The notes: a model not told the origin generated them from the sequence alone. 64,000 bases of DNA from an uncultured Phycisphaerales bacterium (GCA_963758525.1 CAVWVQ010000001.1:32001-96000); one strand, 5' to 3'. Shown: positions 49,859 through 62,922, counted from the first letter of the stretch. Numbers and translations are program-made.

Positions 49859-49887
49859 CATTCTCAGCGAGGTCGTGAATGCACTCC

Positions 49888-50724
49888 TCAATCTGCGGGA
49901 ATAACGCCCTCAACGGTGATCTCGTCTCCGACTTGCAGGATCTTGCTCGCCTCGGAGATCGGCACGAGGGTGTTGACGGCAAGCCGGTAGTAGTGATTGA
50001 AGCGGGACTGCTCGGCCCATGGCGGAAGCGTCTGCCTGCGGCGCTCGGCGAAGGTTTTCGCGAAGTTCGGATACCCTTCGCCCGTCAACGGATCGCGCGG
50101 AGGCACGGCGCAGCGTTGACACGGGTTGTTCCCGTGAAAGAGAACGTCGCCGATGCGAAACTGGATGCGGGATCCTTTGGTTGTGTACAGCCTCTCCTCC
50201 CAGAACGGCGCGGGCGCCGAGAGTTCCAAGTTGGTCCGGAGCCGCAGGCGAAGCTGCGACACATCCAGAGGTGGAAACCAGCTCGCGACTTCGGCGAGCG
50301 TGGCGGTTGAAATGATGGTGGGGCCGGGGCAGTCCAGATCGTCGGGGAAACCGACCTCGGAATTGTGTTTCAGCGTGACGGGGAATCCGAAGAACTCGGT
50401 CAGCCATTCGTGAAGCTCCGATCGCTGCCGATCTATCTGAAATTGAGCGCAGGCCGTCGCGTCTGGTCTGCGCAGAGAGAGAACATTGGTGACCGGATCG
50501 TAGGCTGAGCGCAGAAGATGGATTTTCGCGTGCCGTTTGCCGTTGACGAATTTGTCTTCGGAGTCGAACAGGCCGAACGCGCGATCGCCGGCCAGCGCGC
50601 CGGACTTGAGCACTGATATTTGCTGAACGGAAACGGGTTCGAGGGATTTAATGGGATAGATCAGGATTCGCGACAAATGTGGCATGCCGGCCCGCGGGTT
50701 GGAAGTTGGCGGATCAACATCCAT
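49888..50724 (-). CDS. MOSC domain protein
   Basis: IYPIKSL, GDRAF, RLRTNL, PCQRCAVP. Confidence 0.85.
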   Translation of the reverse strand: MDVDPPTSNPRAGMPHLSRILIYPIKSLEPVSVQQISVLKSGALAGDRAFGLFDSEDKFVNGKRHAKIHLLRSAYDPVTNVLSLRRPDATACAQFQIDRQRSELHEWLTEFFGFPVTLKHNSEVGFPDDLDCPGPTIISTATLAEVASWFPPLDVSQLRLRLRTNLELSAPAPFWEERLYTTKGSRIQFRIGDVLFHGNNPCQRCAVPPRDPLTGEGYPNFAKTFAERRRQTLPPWAEQSRFNHYYRLAVNTLVPISEASKILQVGDEITVEGVIPAD

Positions 50725-50865
50725 GCGCGGAGAGTTTCTCCGCGCATGGATTGTTTGTCACGTCTCAAAGCGACTAAATGAGCTTGCGCGAACACGCACG
50801 TTCGATCCGAGCCTTCGGAGTACCTCAGACTCGGCGTGGGGTTGTCAAACGGGCTCGATGCGGCG

Positions 50866-52386
50866 TTATGCCATCACTACCTCGCCGCCGGCGTCGGCGA
50901 GCGGTTCGGGAGTTGGCACGGGAGCTGAGGACATTGCCTTTTCCTCCAGCACCAGCCGGACGCTTTCGATTTCGCTTGTGCTCTTGCTGCGGATGGCGAT
51001 GAGCACGACGCCGACGAGCAGATAGGTCCCGAAGATATAGGGGAACCAGTTCATCGGATAAGGAGGTTGTGGCCAGATCGTGCCGACGATCGGAACCGCC
51101 AAAAGGAGAATCGCAATGACGGCGACAATCACGTGGTACGGCTTCATTTCGCCGATCTTCTTTAGATAGAACGGCGTGGCCAAAGAGATCAGCACATACG
51201 CGCCGCAGAAGCCCATGGCGCCGAAGAGCCCGGCATAGTTAAACTCGTCAAACGGGGCTCCGATCTGCAACTGTTGCACCGCGCCGGCATAAGACGCAAG
51301 CATGAACACCGACGGGATGAGAAACTGGATGATGGCAAACGTTGTGATCGCAAAGTGAGGTGTGAGATTGCTCTTATGCGAGCTGCCCATGGAAATGTGA
51401 AAGATCCCGTAGCGGCCCATGGTAAACATGATGCGCGAGCCTGCGTTCAGGCAGGACATGGCCAAGGCGAAGAAACTGGTCATGGCGCCGATGGAAATGA
51501 TGACGCCCATCCACTTGACGCCGAGGTTTTCGCTCAGGGTGGAGAGCGGGGCAGTGAGCGCATCGAGCGTCGGGGTGTTGTTGGCCAGGGCGTGGGTTTC
51601 GACGTAGGTGATGAATACGAAAAAAGCCCCGGTGAGGAGAAGGCTGGCAATGACCGCCCGGGGGATGGTGATCAGAGGCTTCTTCGCTTCCTCGCCGAAG
51701 GCGGTGGCGCATTCGAACCCGACGAGACTGAAGATTGCCACCACGACGCCCAGGTCGAAGTCCTTCAGTCCGTGCTGGGAGATCGGGTGAAGCTGCGCGG
51801 TATCCACGGCCCCGGTCTTGGCGATGGCCAGGATCGCGAGGATCAGAATCACCGCGACCGAGACCCCTTCGAAGATCAGCATGAGGATCGTTGAAAAGGT
51901 GATGTCCTTGTAAGCCAGAAACCATGCACAGGCCACGCAGATGAGAAAGAGGGTGATGGACGGATGCGACAGATAACCCGTGGCTCCGGCCTGCGTGAGC
52001 AGGAGGGAAGCGAAGTGCGTGAAACCGGTGACCCCGGCGATTCCGATGAACATGTACGCCCAAATGAGACACCAGCCGGACATGCCGCCGATCTTCGGAC
52101 CCAGTCCCTTGACGGTGTATTCGTACATGCTCCCGGCGGAGGTGTATCGCTTGGCGAACTGATTCAGGCTGAAGGCGACGAACAGCAGCAAGATCGTGCC
52201 AAAGAGATAGCAGAGCCACCCGGCCGTTCCGGCGCTGGCGAACATGAGGGGCACGATGAGGGCGGCGGTCATGCTCGGGGAGATCAGCGCGATCGCCTGC
52301 GCGAGCACCTCCCAGAAATTCAGGGCATTGGATTTCAGTTTGGTGTGGGTGTTCTTGACTGTCGCTGCATAATCTAACGCGCTCAT
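50866..52386 (-). CDS. APC family amino-acid permease
   Basis: SAGSMY, VGFE...GEEAK.P..IPRA, about 12 TM segments. Confidence 0.9.
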   Translation of the reverse strand: MSALDYAATVKNTHTKLKSNALNFWEVLAQAIALISPSMTAALIVPLMFASAGTAGWLCYLFGTILLLFVAFSLNQFAKRYTSAGSMYEYTVKGLGPKIGGMSGWCLIWAYMFIGIAGVTGFTHFASLLLTQAGATGYLSHPSITLFLICVACAWFLAYKDITFSTILMLIFEGVSVAVILILAILAIAKTGAVDTAQLHPISQHGLKDFDLGVVVAIFSLVGFECATAFGEEAKKPLITIPRAVIASLLLTGAFFVFITYVETHALANNTPTLDALTAPLSTLSENLGVKWMGVIISIGAMTSFFALAMSCLNAGSRIMFTMGRYGIFHISMGSSHKSNLTPHFAITTFAIIQFLIPSVFMLASYAGAVQQLQIGAPFDEFNYAGLFGAMGFCGAYVLISLATPFYLKKIGEMKPYHVIVAVIAILLLAVPIVGTIWPQPPYPMNWFPYIFGTYLLVGVVLIAIRSKSTSEIESVRLVLEEKAMSSAPVPTPEPLADAGGEVVMA

Positions 52387-52527
52387 GGCAAACTCCTTAA
52401 AAGCCCTCAACCTGCATGAAGGCCGTTCCGGGGCAACGCACCGTCAGATCCGGCCTCAATGCGGGTTTCCTCTGCGCCGCAGGTTTTCGGTCGTTTCCTG
52501 TTCCGCCGTGCGAGTGATATGCCGGGC

Positions 52528-53175
52528 CTACCCTGCAAGGCCCGCGGTCAATTGGTGCGTCAGCTCGTGATTGCGGCGAGACGTGCCCGCCGCATTGAGA
52601 GAGACTGGTATCGGGCATGCAACGAGAATGATCTTTGCGTCGTTGCCGCCCAGCGCGGTGAGGCGATGGGGAAGGCGCGAGTCGAAATGCGCCGAATCGC
52701 CAGGTTGGAGAACATGGTGCGCGCCGTCGACGGAAACCCGCAGGCTTCCGGCGAGGACGTGCAGCCACTCTTCGCCGTCGTGCTGATAGGTTTCGTCTCC
52801 CGGCCGGTCAGCGGGAATGGTGACGGCAAGCGGTTGGATGTTGAACGGTTTGGTTGAGCCGCTCAAGGGAACAAACTGGAGGTTGTTGATGGATTTCGGA
52901 ATGGCATTTTCGCCGCGAACGATAATGCAGTCGGACGAGCGGTCGGGCTGCTCGAACAAGGCGGCAACCGATACGTCAAAAGCGTTGGCGATCGAGCACA
53001 ACGCGACGAGAGACGGCTGCCGTTCGCCAGCTTCGAGCCGGCTCAAGTAAGGGCGCGACAGCCCCGTTCGCCCGGCGAGTTCTTCCAGCGTCCAGGTTCG
53101 CGACTCCCGCATCGAGTGAAGACGCGCTCCCAGCGACTGCATGGTTTGCCGAGCATGGTCGTGGATCGTTGCCAT
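52528..53175 (-). CDS. XRE-cupin transcriptional regulator
   Basis: TLEELAGRTGLSRPYLSRLEAG HTH; HDGEEW, GDSAHFDSRLPH cupin. Confidence 0.9.
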   Translation of the reverse strand: MATIHDHARQTMQSLGARLHSMRESRTWTLEELAGRTGLSRPYLSRLEAGERQPSLVALCSIANAFDVSVAALFEQPDRSSDCIIVRGENAIPKSINNLQFVPLSGSTKPFNIQPLAVTIPADRPGDETYQHDGEEWLHVLAGSLRVSVDGAHHVLQPGDSAHFDSRLPHRLTALGGNDAKIILVACPIPVSLNAAGTSRRNHELTHQLTAGLAG

Positions 53176-53329
53176 TCAGGTGGCGCATTTTAACGGGAGT
53201 TGCCTGTGTGTCAACAAAAATCGCCAAAGACGCGTAAAGTTATCGCTATGGCAACTTGCGGCGGTTCGGAAGCGGTCGGGGGTTTCGGTTTGCGCTGCTT
53301 TACGGTTGCGGTATAGTCGGGTGCTACGA

Positions 53330-55238
53330 ATGAGCGATTTACGGGAGCAGTTGCAAAACCTCTTCGGGCTGGACGACTTTCGTCCCGCGCAGCGCGAGGT
53401 GATTGAAGATGTGATTGGTGGCAAAGACGTGATGTGCGTCATGCCGACCGGATCGGGGAAGAGCCTCTGTTATCAGCTTCCGGCGGCGGTGCAGCAGGGG
53501 CTGTGCGTGGTCGTTTCCCCGTTGATTTCGCTCATGGAGGATCAGGTTCAGCAACTGCGGGACGAGGGGATCCCCGCGGCGATGCTCAACAGCAGCTTGA
53601 GCCCCGCAATGCGGCGCGAGGTCGTGCGCGAGCTGGAAGCCGGGTTCCAGGGATTGCTGTACGTCGCCCCCGAGCGGTTCTTTACCCCCGATTTCCAGGA
53701 GCTTGCCTCTCAACTGCGCCCGATCCTTTTTGCGGTCGACGAAGCACACTGCGTCAGCCAGTGGGGCCACGATTTTCGACCTGAATATCTAAAGCTCGGC
53801 GAGGTGCGGCGTCAGCTCGGCTCTCCGCCGTGCATCGCGGTGACGGCAACGGCCACGCATGACGTGCGCCTCGACATCATCCGCCAGCTCGGGCTGCGGG
53901 AGCCCAATGTCGTCATCACCGGCTTCGATCGGCCGAATCTCAGCTATCAGGTGCGCCGGACCGCGAAAAATGCAGAGCGCGATTACGAGTTGCTTTCGCT
54001 GCTCAAGGCGGAGCCCGGGAGCATCATCATCTATTGCTCGACGCGCAAAGCCGTCGACGCGGTTTCGCTTCTGGCGGCGGAGTCGATGCGCGACCGGGTG
54101 GTCTGCAGCTATCACGCGGGCATGGAGATGGGGGATCGAACCGCCAGCCAGGAGCGGTTCATGCAGACGCCCGGCGCCATCGCGGTCGCCACCAATGCGT
54201 TTGGCATGGGGATCAACAAGCCGGACGTTCGGCTGATTATTCATTACAACCTGCCGGGCACCCTCGAAGCCTATTACCAGGAAGCCGGCCGCGGCGGGCG
54301 CGACGGCCTGCCCGCGCAGTGCGTCCTTCTATTTGGCTATCAGGACCGCTACACGCAGGAATATTTCATCGATCGGATTGGAGAAGACCATCCCGGCGAT
54401 CCGCGACGCATCGCGCAACTCAAGGCACATGCGACGCAAAAGCTCGATCTGATGATCGGCTACGCCCAGACGCATCGCTGCCGACGGCAGATGATCCTCG
54501 ACTATTTCGGTGATGAGACAAAAGCCGTCGCATGTCACTGCGACGTTTGCGGCGTCGGTGATCTCTCGATGCCCGCGGCACCGATCGCGATCGTTTCCGA
54601 CGAGGCGATTCTCCTGGTGCGTCAGCTTCTCTCCGGGATCGCCCGTCTGCGCGGAAACTTCGGTGTCGGCGTTGTTGCCGAGGTGCTCGCGGGGGCGGAC
54701 AACGAAAAAACACAGCGATGGGGTTTCGACAAGTTGACGGTCTTCGGTCTGCTGCGTGCGTACCCGGTCAAGCGAATCATTGCAATGCTGCACCGCCTGA
54801 TGGATGCGGGCCTGGCGCGACAGCGCGATCCTGATGGGGTGAAATTCCGACCGGTGATCGAGTTGACGCCGGTCGGCATTCGGGTGATGAAAGCCGAGCA
54901 ACCGCCCCCCGTGAGCCTCGCCGATCTGGCGCCGCGCGCCGCGGCAGGGTGGATCGTGAATCGTCGTCGTCTCGAATGATCCCCGGCGCGCGGAAGCTCG
55001 AGCGGTCGAGTCGTTGGATCCGGACGCCGAGCAGCGATTCGAACGGCTGCGATCGTTGCGTCTGCAACTGGCAAAGTCGCGCCAGGTGCCGCCTTATTGC
55101 ATCTGTCACGACAGCACGCTGAAGGAAATTGCCGTCGCCGCGCCAAATGATCTGTCGGGATTGGAGCAAGTGAAGGGAATGGGGCCGTACAAAGTAAAGA
55201 CGTACGGCCCCGCGTTTCTGGAGGCGGTGCGGGGTTGA
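53330..55238 (+). CDS. recQ: RecQ helicase; HRDC domain split off by a frameshift near 54950
   Basis: MPTGSGKSLCYQ, VDEAHCVSQWGHDFRP, ATNAFGMGI, YYQEAGR, CRR..CHCDVC; HRDC VPPYCICHDSTL in 55014-55238. Confidence 0.93.
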
Positions 55239-55265
55239 AGTCCCCAATTCTGAGGTGAGAAGACC

Positions 55266-56623
55266 ATGGCTGCAGGAGACGACACCATCGCGGGCTTGCG
55301 CGACGCATTGCGGGTTTCCCCCAACAATCTGCCGCTGCGCCAGCATCTGGCGGACACGCTCTGCGGCCTTGGGAGATATGACGAGGCGGAGGCGGAATAC
55401 AAGGCCGCCATCAGCCTCTCGCCGGAGAATCCAAAGATCAAGCTTGGGCTGGCCCGCGCGTTTTACCTGCAGGGGAAAAACTCGGCCGCCCTGGTGATCG
55501 TGGAGGAAATGCTCAAAAGCCCTTCTCCGCCGGGCGCGGCGCTGGTGCTGCATGCAAGGCTGCTCGAGCGGACGGGGGAAATCGAGCGCGCGGTTCGGCA
55601 GTACAAGCGAGGCGTGAGCGACGATCCTTCGGCCGGCGATCCCGAATTTGCCGCGCGTCTGGGCATCCGAGCAAGCTCTGATGCCGGCGACGACGAGAGT
55701 GGCGAGGTCGTCGATGGCCGCGTCCGCGCCTCCCGCGAGCATGCGGCAACGCCGGGTGACGCCGAAGTGGAACGGCCGAAGATCAAGTTCAAGGACGTCG
55801 GCGGGATGGATGCGGTCAAGGACGACATCCGCATGAAGATCATCCACCCGATGAGTCATCCCGAACTCTACAAAGCCTACGGCAAAGCGATCGGCGGGGG
55901 GATTTTGATGTACGGGCCGCCGGGCTGCGGCAAGACCCATCTGGCCCGTGCCACCGCGGGGGAGATCGAGGCCAATTTCATTTCCGTCGGCATCAGCGAT
56001 GTTCTGGACATGTGGATCGGCTCGAGCGAGCGCAATCTCCATCAACTTTTTGCGCAGGCGCGCCGCAATCAACCGTGCGTGCTGTTCTTCGATGAGGTCG
56101 ACGCGCTGGCGGCGAGCCGTGCCGACATGCGCGCAGCGCCGGGCGGCACATGATCAACCAGTTTCTCGCCGAAATGGACGGCATCGGCGCATCCAACGAG
56201 GGCGTGCTGACTCTCGCGGCGACCAATGCTCCCTGGCACGTCGATGCCGCGTTTCGCAGGCCCGGGCGATTCGATCGCATCCTGTTTGTGCCGCCGCCCG
56301 ACGCGGCGGCGCGGGCGGCGATTCTGAGAATCCATCTGGCCGGCAAACCCGTCGATGCGATCGATCACGAGCATCTGGCGAAAAAGACCGAGGGGTTTTC
56401 CGGCGCCGACCTCAAGGCGGTGATCGACGCGGCCGTGGACGAAAAGCTTCGGCAGGCGATGAAGATCGGGCGGCCCGAGCCGATGACAACGCGCGATCTC
56501 GTCGCGGCGGCGGCGGGGATCAAGCCGTCGACGAAGGAATGGTTTGCGACGGCCAGAAATTATGCGCTCTATTCCAACCAGGGCGGGACGTACGACGACA
56601 TTCTCAAATATCTGAAGATGTGA
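55266..56623 (+). CDS. TPR-AAA+ ATPase (frameshift near 56145)
   Basis: N-terminal TPRs, FKDVGGM, GPPGCGKT, FFDEVD, AATNAPW..RPGRFD. Confidence 0.88.
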
Positions 56624-56630
56624 CTGCTTC

Positions 56631-57914
56631 ATGAGCAATGAGCGCGGCTCCATTTTGTATCAGACCGGCCGGCACGAGGCGGCGGAACAGGAATTCCGCG
56701 CCGCGTTGGCGCAGGACTCATCCAATGCGCTGTCGCACGCGATGCTCGGGCTCTGCCTCGCCCGGCGCGAGGCCTACGACGAGGCGACCGCCGAAGCGCA
56801 AGAGGCGATCCGGCTGCGTCCGGACTGGCATTTCGGATATTCAACCCTGGCTCACGTTCTGCTCGATCGCGAGCGCCTCAAGCCAGCCGCCGAGGCGATC
56901 GTCAAGGCCATCGAGATCGATTCGTTCAATGCCGGCTATCACGGATTGCTGGCGACGATTCGCCTGCAGCAGCGGCTGTGGCTGGCGGCGCTGGCGGCCG
57001 CCGACGCGGGGTTGCAGATCGATCCGGAAAACCAGTTCTGCCTGAACGCGCGGGCGCAGGCCCTGGTGAAGCTGGGTCGCAGCGACGAAGCGAGCCTGAC
57101 GATTGACGGCGCATTGCGGAAGGATCCCGAAAACGCCGTGACGCATGCCAACCAGGGGTGGGCGCTGCTGCATGCCGGCAAACACCGCGAAGCGATCGTT
57201 CACTTTCGCGAGGCGTTGCGGCTCAAGCCGGAAATGGAGTGGGCCAAGGCCGGGCTGGTCGAGTCTCTCAAGGCGCGCAATATCATTTACCGGCTGATGC
57301 TCAAGTATTTCCTTTTCATGTCGCGCCTGCGCGGAAGAGCGCAATGGGCGATCATCGTCGGCGGATACGTCGGCTATCAGATCCTGGTGGCGGTCAAAGA
57401 CGCGCATCCGGAACTGAGAGTGCTGCTTCTGCCGCTGATCATCGCCTACGCGGTCTTTGCGATCATGACCTGGATTGCCCGGCCGTTGTTTGATCTGATG
57501 CTGCGCCTCCACCCCTACGGACGCTATGCACTCTCGCGCGATCAGACGATGGGCGCCAATTTGGTCGGCGGAACAATCGCTGTCGCTCTGGCGATCGCGA
57601 CCGCGGGGTTGGCGCGGCACGACAGCAATCTGCTCACCTCGGCGGTGCTTTGCGGAATGTTGCTGCTGCCGATCTCCACCATTTACTCCAGGCCCTCCGG
57701 CTGGCCGAGGCAGGCGATGACGCTCTACTGCGGCGCCCTCGCGTTCGTCGGCGTCGCGATAGCCGTCGCCGGTTGGCGCCTCCATCGCGCGGGGCTCCCC
57801 GCCAGCGATTTTCTGTTCAACATGCGCCAGCAACTGATCACGCTGTTTCTGTTCGGCGTTTTCCTCAACGGGTGGGTCGCCAACGCGCTGACGGCCGTTC
57901 GCGTGAAGAAGTAG
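56631..57914 (+). CDS. TPR protein with C-terminal transmembrane domain
   Basis: About six TPRs followed by about six hydrophobic helices. Confidence 0.8.
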   Translation: MSNERGSILYQTGRHEAAEQEFRAALAQDSSNALSHAMLGLCLARREAYDEATAEAQEAIRLRPDWHFGYSTLAHVLLDRERLKPAAEAIVKAIEIDSFNAGYHGLLATIRLQQRLWLAALAAADAGLQIDPENQFCLNARAQALVKLGRSDEASLTIDGALRKDPENAVTHANQGWALLHAGKHREAIVHFREALRLKPEMEWAKAGLVESLKARNIIYRLMLKYFLFMSRLRGRAQWAIIVGGYVGYQILVAVKDAHPELRVLLLPLIIAYAVFAIMTWIARPLFDLMLRLHPYGRYALSRDQTMGANLVGGTIAVALAIATAGLARHDSNLLTSAVLCGMLLLPISTIYSRPSGWPRQAMTLYCGALAFVGVAIAVAGWRLHRAGLPASDFLFNMRQQLITLFLFGVFLNGWVANALTAVRVKK

Positions 57915-57959
57915 TTCGATGATTCCGTGTTCGCACCGGCAGCTCGATGATCCTATTAT

Positions 57960-59435
57960 TTGGCGGCAGTGACTCCGGATTTCTTTGAATTTCGAGAGAA
58001 GATGACGGCGCGGAAGCGCGTCGTCGACAAGCCCTCGGGCGCGTCTGACGCCGGGGCGGCAGGCGCGATGAGCGTCAGCGAGCTGACCGCCCGGATCGAC
58101 CGCGTGCTGAGGGAGGGATTTGCTGATGTACTGCTGGTGCGGGGGGAGATCAGTAACTTTTCGCGGAACGCCACTTCGGGGCATCTGTATTTCACGCTGA
58201 AGGATGCTCAATCCTGCCTCGACTGCGTGATGTGGAAATCGGACGCGGCGCGGATGAAATTCGCGCCTGCGGAGGGGATGGAATTGGTTGCGACCGGCCG
58301 GCTGGGAGTGTTCGGGAAGCGGGGCCGCTATCAACTCTACGTGACGTCACTGCGCCCGGTCGGGCAGGGAGCGCTGGAACTGGCGTTTCAACAGATGCGC
58401 GCCAAGCTGGCGGCAGAGGGTCTCTTCGATGCGGATCGCAAGCGCAGCATTCCCGCATATCCGCTGAGCATCGTGCTGGTCACCAGCCGCGAAGGCGCGG
58501 CCCTGGCGGACATCCTGAAAGTCCTCAGACGATTTCCCTGGGTTCGGCTCCGGCTGTACGCGGTGCCGGTGCAGGGAGACGGGGCGGCGGCGCGGATCGC
58601 GGCCGCGCTGCATCACCTGAGCAGGACGCTTGAGCGAGGTGGCGGCGACGTGGTGCTGCTGGCACGGGGCGGAGGATCCCTGGAAGACCTGTGGGCGTTC
58701 AACGAAGAGGCGGTCGCGCGAGCGATTGCCGCCTGCCCGGTGCCGGTCATTACCGGGATCGGGCACGAGGTGGACGTTTCCATTGCGGATCTGGTCGCGG
58801 ACTATCATGCGCACACGCCGACCGAGGCCGCCCAGGTCATCTCGACCAAATGGCGCGACGTCCACGAGGTTCTGGATACGGATGCGCTGCGGCTCAATCG
58901 CGCGCTGAAGATGCGAGTGCAGGAGGCGCGGCAGTTCCTTGCCGGGGTGGAGCGCCATGAATTTTTCCGCCGGCCGTTTGAGCAGATCAATTTCCGACGG
59001 CAGCTTCTCGATGACCGCCAGCGGGGGGTGACGATTGCGCTGCAAAATCGGCTGCGTCTGGCGGAACAGCGACTCGGCGCGGCTGCGGCGCGTCTTTCCG
59101 CGCGACATCCGCGCGTTGTGCTGGAGCTTGGGCAGCAGCGCGCCAATGGGCTGTCAGCGCGGCTGGCGCGGAGCCAGGGATCGCTGTTCGCGCACTGGAA
59201 GGAGCGAATCAGCGCGACCGCAGCGCGATTGAATGCACTGAGCCCCCGCGCCGTTCTGGCGCGCGGCTACTCGATGACAACCCGCGCGGATGGAACCTTG
59301 ATTCGTTCGACCTCAGAAGTGCGGCAGGGGGATCGGCTGCTGACCCGGCTGGTGGACGGGGTCGTCAAATCGGTTGCGCAGAATTCAGCTCAGATGGAAC
59401 TGTTTGAGCCGACGGCGGGCGGAGAATCTCGGTAG
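57960..59435 (+). CDS. xseA: Exodeoxyribonuclease VII large subunit
   Basis: VRGEISN, SGHLYFTLKD, ARGGGSLEDLWAFNEE, GIGHEVD, TPTEAA, LARGYS. Confidence 0.95.
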   Translation: MAAVTPDFFEFREKMTARKRVVDKPSGASDAGAAGAMSVSELTARIDRVLREGFADVLLVRGEISNFSRNATSGHLYFTLKDAQSCLDCVMWKSDAARMKFAPAEGMELVATGRLGVFGKRGRYQLYVTSLRPVGQGALELAFQQMRAKLAAEGLFDADRKRSIPAYPLSIVLVTSREGAALADILKVLRRFPWVRLRLYAVPVQGDGAAARIAAALHHLSRTLERGGGDVVLLARGGGSLEDLWAFNEEAVARAIAACPVPVITGIGHEVDVSIADLVADYHAHTPTEAAQVISTKWRDVHEVLDTDALRLNRALKMRVQEARQFLAGVERHEFFRRPFEQINFRRQLLDDRQRGVTIALQNRLRLAEQRLGAAAARLSARHPRVVLELGQQRANGLSARLARSQGSLFAHWKERISATAARLNALSPRAVLARGYSMTTRADGTLIRSTSEVRQGDRLLTRLVDGVVKSVAQNSAQMELFEPTAGGESR

Positions 59436-59640
59436 TAGGGGGCCGCACATGGATCACTTGCTCCAATAAGTGCGAAGCCAGCGGAGAGCAATTCTCCCTT
59501 GCAGCCCGGCCGTCCCGGCTGTGTTTCCGGGCCAGATGGCTATGAATTGGGCCACAGCCGAGACGGCTGTGCCACGTAATGCGTTACTTGTGACTTTGAA
59601 ATTGATCGAGCTGTTCGTGCGCGAGCATGAAGCTGGCGCT

Positions 59641-60624
59641 TTAGACGAACGCGCAAGCGCGGTCGCCGTCCTGTTCAGAAGAGTGCTGACCGCCGGGAAG
59701 AGAGCTTGCTCCGCCGCCCACGCCTCCCGCAGGTTCGCGGCTGGCTTCGCGGCGAATCTGCTTCTGGATGTGCTCGAGCTTGCGGCCGACCATTCCCATC
59801 GAATCGGGACGCTTCATCGGCGCGGTCCGAACGCAGTTCATGACCAGATCCGAAAGCGACACCGGCACACCTGGGTTCAGTTCCCGCGGCGATGGGATTG
59901 CCTCGTCCAGGAGAAAGCTGTTCTCCTTTTTGCCAACCCGAAAGAGCGTTGGAATATTCTTGCCGGTCAGCGCCCAGTAAAGCGTCGCTCCGAAGTTGAA
60001 GACGTCGGTTCGATTCGTGACAGGCCCGCGCTCGACCTGCTCGGGAGCGATGTAATCGGGCGTTCCCTGCACGCGCTCTTTAACGAGCCCGATTTTACAG
60101 GTCTGGCCCAGATCGATCACTTTCACATTGCCCTCGGCCGAGCGGAGAATATTGTTGGGCTTCAGATCGCAGTGAACGTAGCCGGCGGCGTTGAGCGCCT
60201 CCATGGCATGCGCGACTTTGATGAAGCAGTCGAGCGTCGAGTCCAGCGAGGAGGTCGGGCGCATTTCCAGCGATTGACCGTCAAACAGCTCCAGGATGAG
60301 AGCCGCTTCGGTCGGTTTGCGAAAAAGCGTGCGGTTGCTCATTAATTCGATCGAGCGGCGCAGTCCGGGATGCACCACGGCCCGCCCGATTTCGAATTCC
60401 GCGTCGAGCTGGGCGAAAAAGCGATCAGACTTGTCATTTGTCCGCACGACATGCTTCAGAGCGTAGATCTGGCGCGTCTTGGGATCACTGACGGCGTAGA
60501 TCTCGCTTGCGGCGCCGGTCCCCAGGTGCGCAAGAACCTCATATCCAAATAAGACAGCCGGCAATGGCGGCTGTGTCAGCGTCGTCTTAACGGCGGAGTA
60601 GCCCATTTTCCTTCCCACATCCAT
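59641..60624 (-). CDS. Hanks-type Ser/Thr protein kinase
   Basis: LGTGAAS, ALK, HCDLKPNN, IDLG, GTPDYIAPE. Confidence 0.9.
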   Translation of the reverse strand: MDVGRKMGYSAVKTTLTQPPLPAVLFGYEVLAHLGTGAASEIYAVSDPKTRQIYALKHVVRTNDKSDRFFAQLDAEFEIGRAVVHPGLRRSIELMSNRTLFRKPTEAALILELFDGQSLEMRPTSSLDSTLDCFIKVAHAMEALNAAGYVHCDLKPNNILRSAEGNVKVIDLGQTCKIGLVKERVQGTPDYIAPEQVERGPVTNRTDVFNFGATLYWALTGKNIPTLFRVGKKENSFLLDEAIPSPRELNPGVPVSLSDLVMNCVRTAPMKRPDSMGMVGRKLEHIQKQIRREASREPAGGVGGGASSLPGGQHSSEQDGDRACAFV

Positions 60625-60728
60625 TCAGAGCGGAACCAGCCGAATACACAGACCGAAGCACGCTCTGCCATACATACGCACGGACGGGGCAAATATTCGC
60701 GTAACAAGTCAAAATTTGAGGTGACAAC

Positions 60729-60765
60729 AAAAAATGGCGGGGCCAATGGCATCCATTGGCCCCGC
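60729..60765 (-). terminator. Rho-independent terminator after atpA
   Basis: 13-bp stem gcggggccaatgg/ccattggccccgc followed by a T-run on the minus strand. Confidence 0.75.
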
Positions 60766-60802
60766 GCAAACAGCTATAAATTCCGACGTTGGAAGCGGGT
60801 GA

Positions 60803-62312
<1,510 letters not shown>

Positions 62313-62364
62313 TCAATTCTCCGGACGTTGAAAGTTGCTTCTGTGTAATTCCGTAACAAGACGC

Positions 62365-62922
62365 CTACCTGGGAGCGGCGGCGAACAGTTTCTCCTCGAT
62401 TGCCTTGAGCTGATAACGGACGCTCGCGTCGATCATCTGGTCCTTCACCCGCAGAATCATTCCGCCGATGATCGCGTCGTCGACCTTCTGATGGACGAAG
62501 GCGTATTTCCCCATCGCGCTTCCGATCTGCTGACGGACGCGTTCGAGATCTTCATCGCTCAGACGCTGCGCCACGGTCAATTCGACCTCGACGTTCCCGA
62601 TTTTCTCATCCAGCAGGTCGCGATATGCCGCGGCAATCTCCGCGAGATGGCTCAATCGCCCGTGCCGGTCGAGCACGCGCAGGAAGTCCATCACCAGCGG
62701 GGACGCGGTACTGGCAAAAATATGTTCCAGCGTCGCGGTCCGCTGCGAACGCTTGATCGCCGGGTCGGAGAGGAACGCGCCGAAAGCGGGGTCGGAATCG
62801 AGCACCTGCCGGATCGCGGCCAATTCGTCGCCGACGGGCTGCGCCACGTTCTGCTCGGCGGCAAGTTCCATCATCGCCCGCGCGTAGGAGATCGAGATGG
62901 CAGTGGGCTGACTGAGTGCCAT
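62365..62922 (-). CDS. atpH: F1 delta subunit
   Basis: YARAM, VDDAIIGGMILRVKDQMIDASVRYQL; operon position. Confidence 0.93.
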   Translation of the reverse strand: MALSQPTAISISYARAMMELAAEQNVAQPVGDELAAIRQVLDSDPAFGAFLSDPAIKRSQRTATLEHIFASTASPLVMDFLRVLDRHGRLSHLAEIAAAYRDLLDEKIGNVEVELTVAQRLSDEDLERVRQQIGSAMGKYAFVHQKVDDAIIGGMILRVKDQMIDASVRYQLKAIEEKLFAAAPR

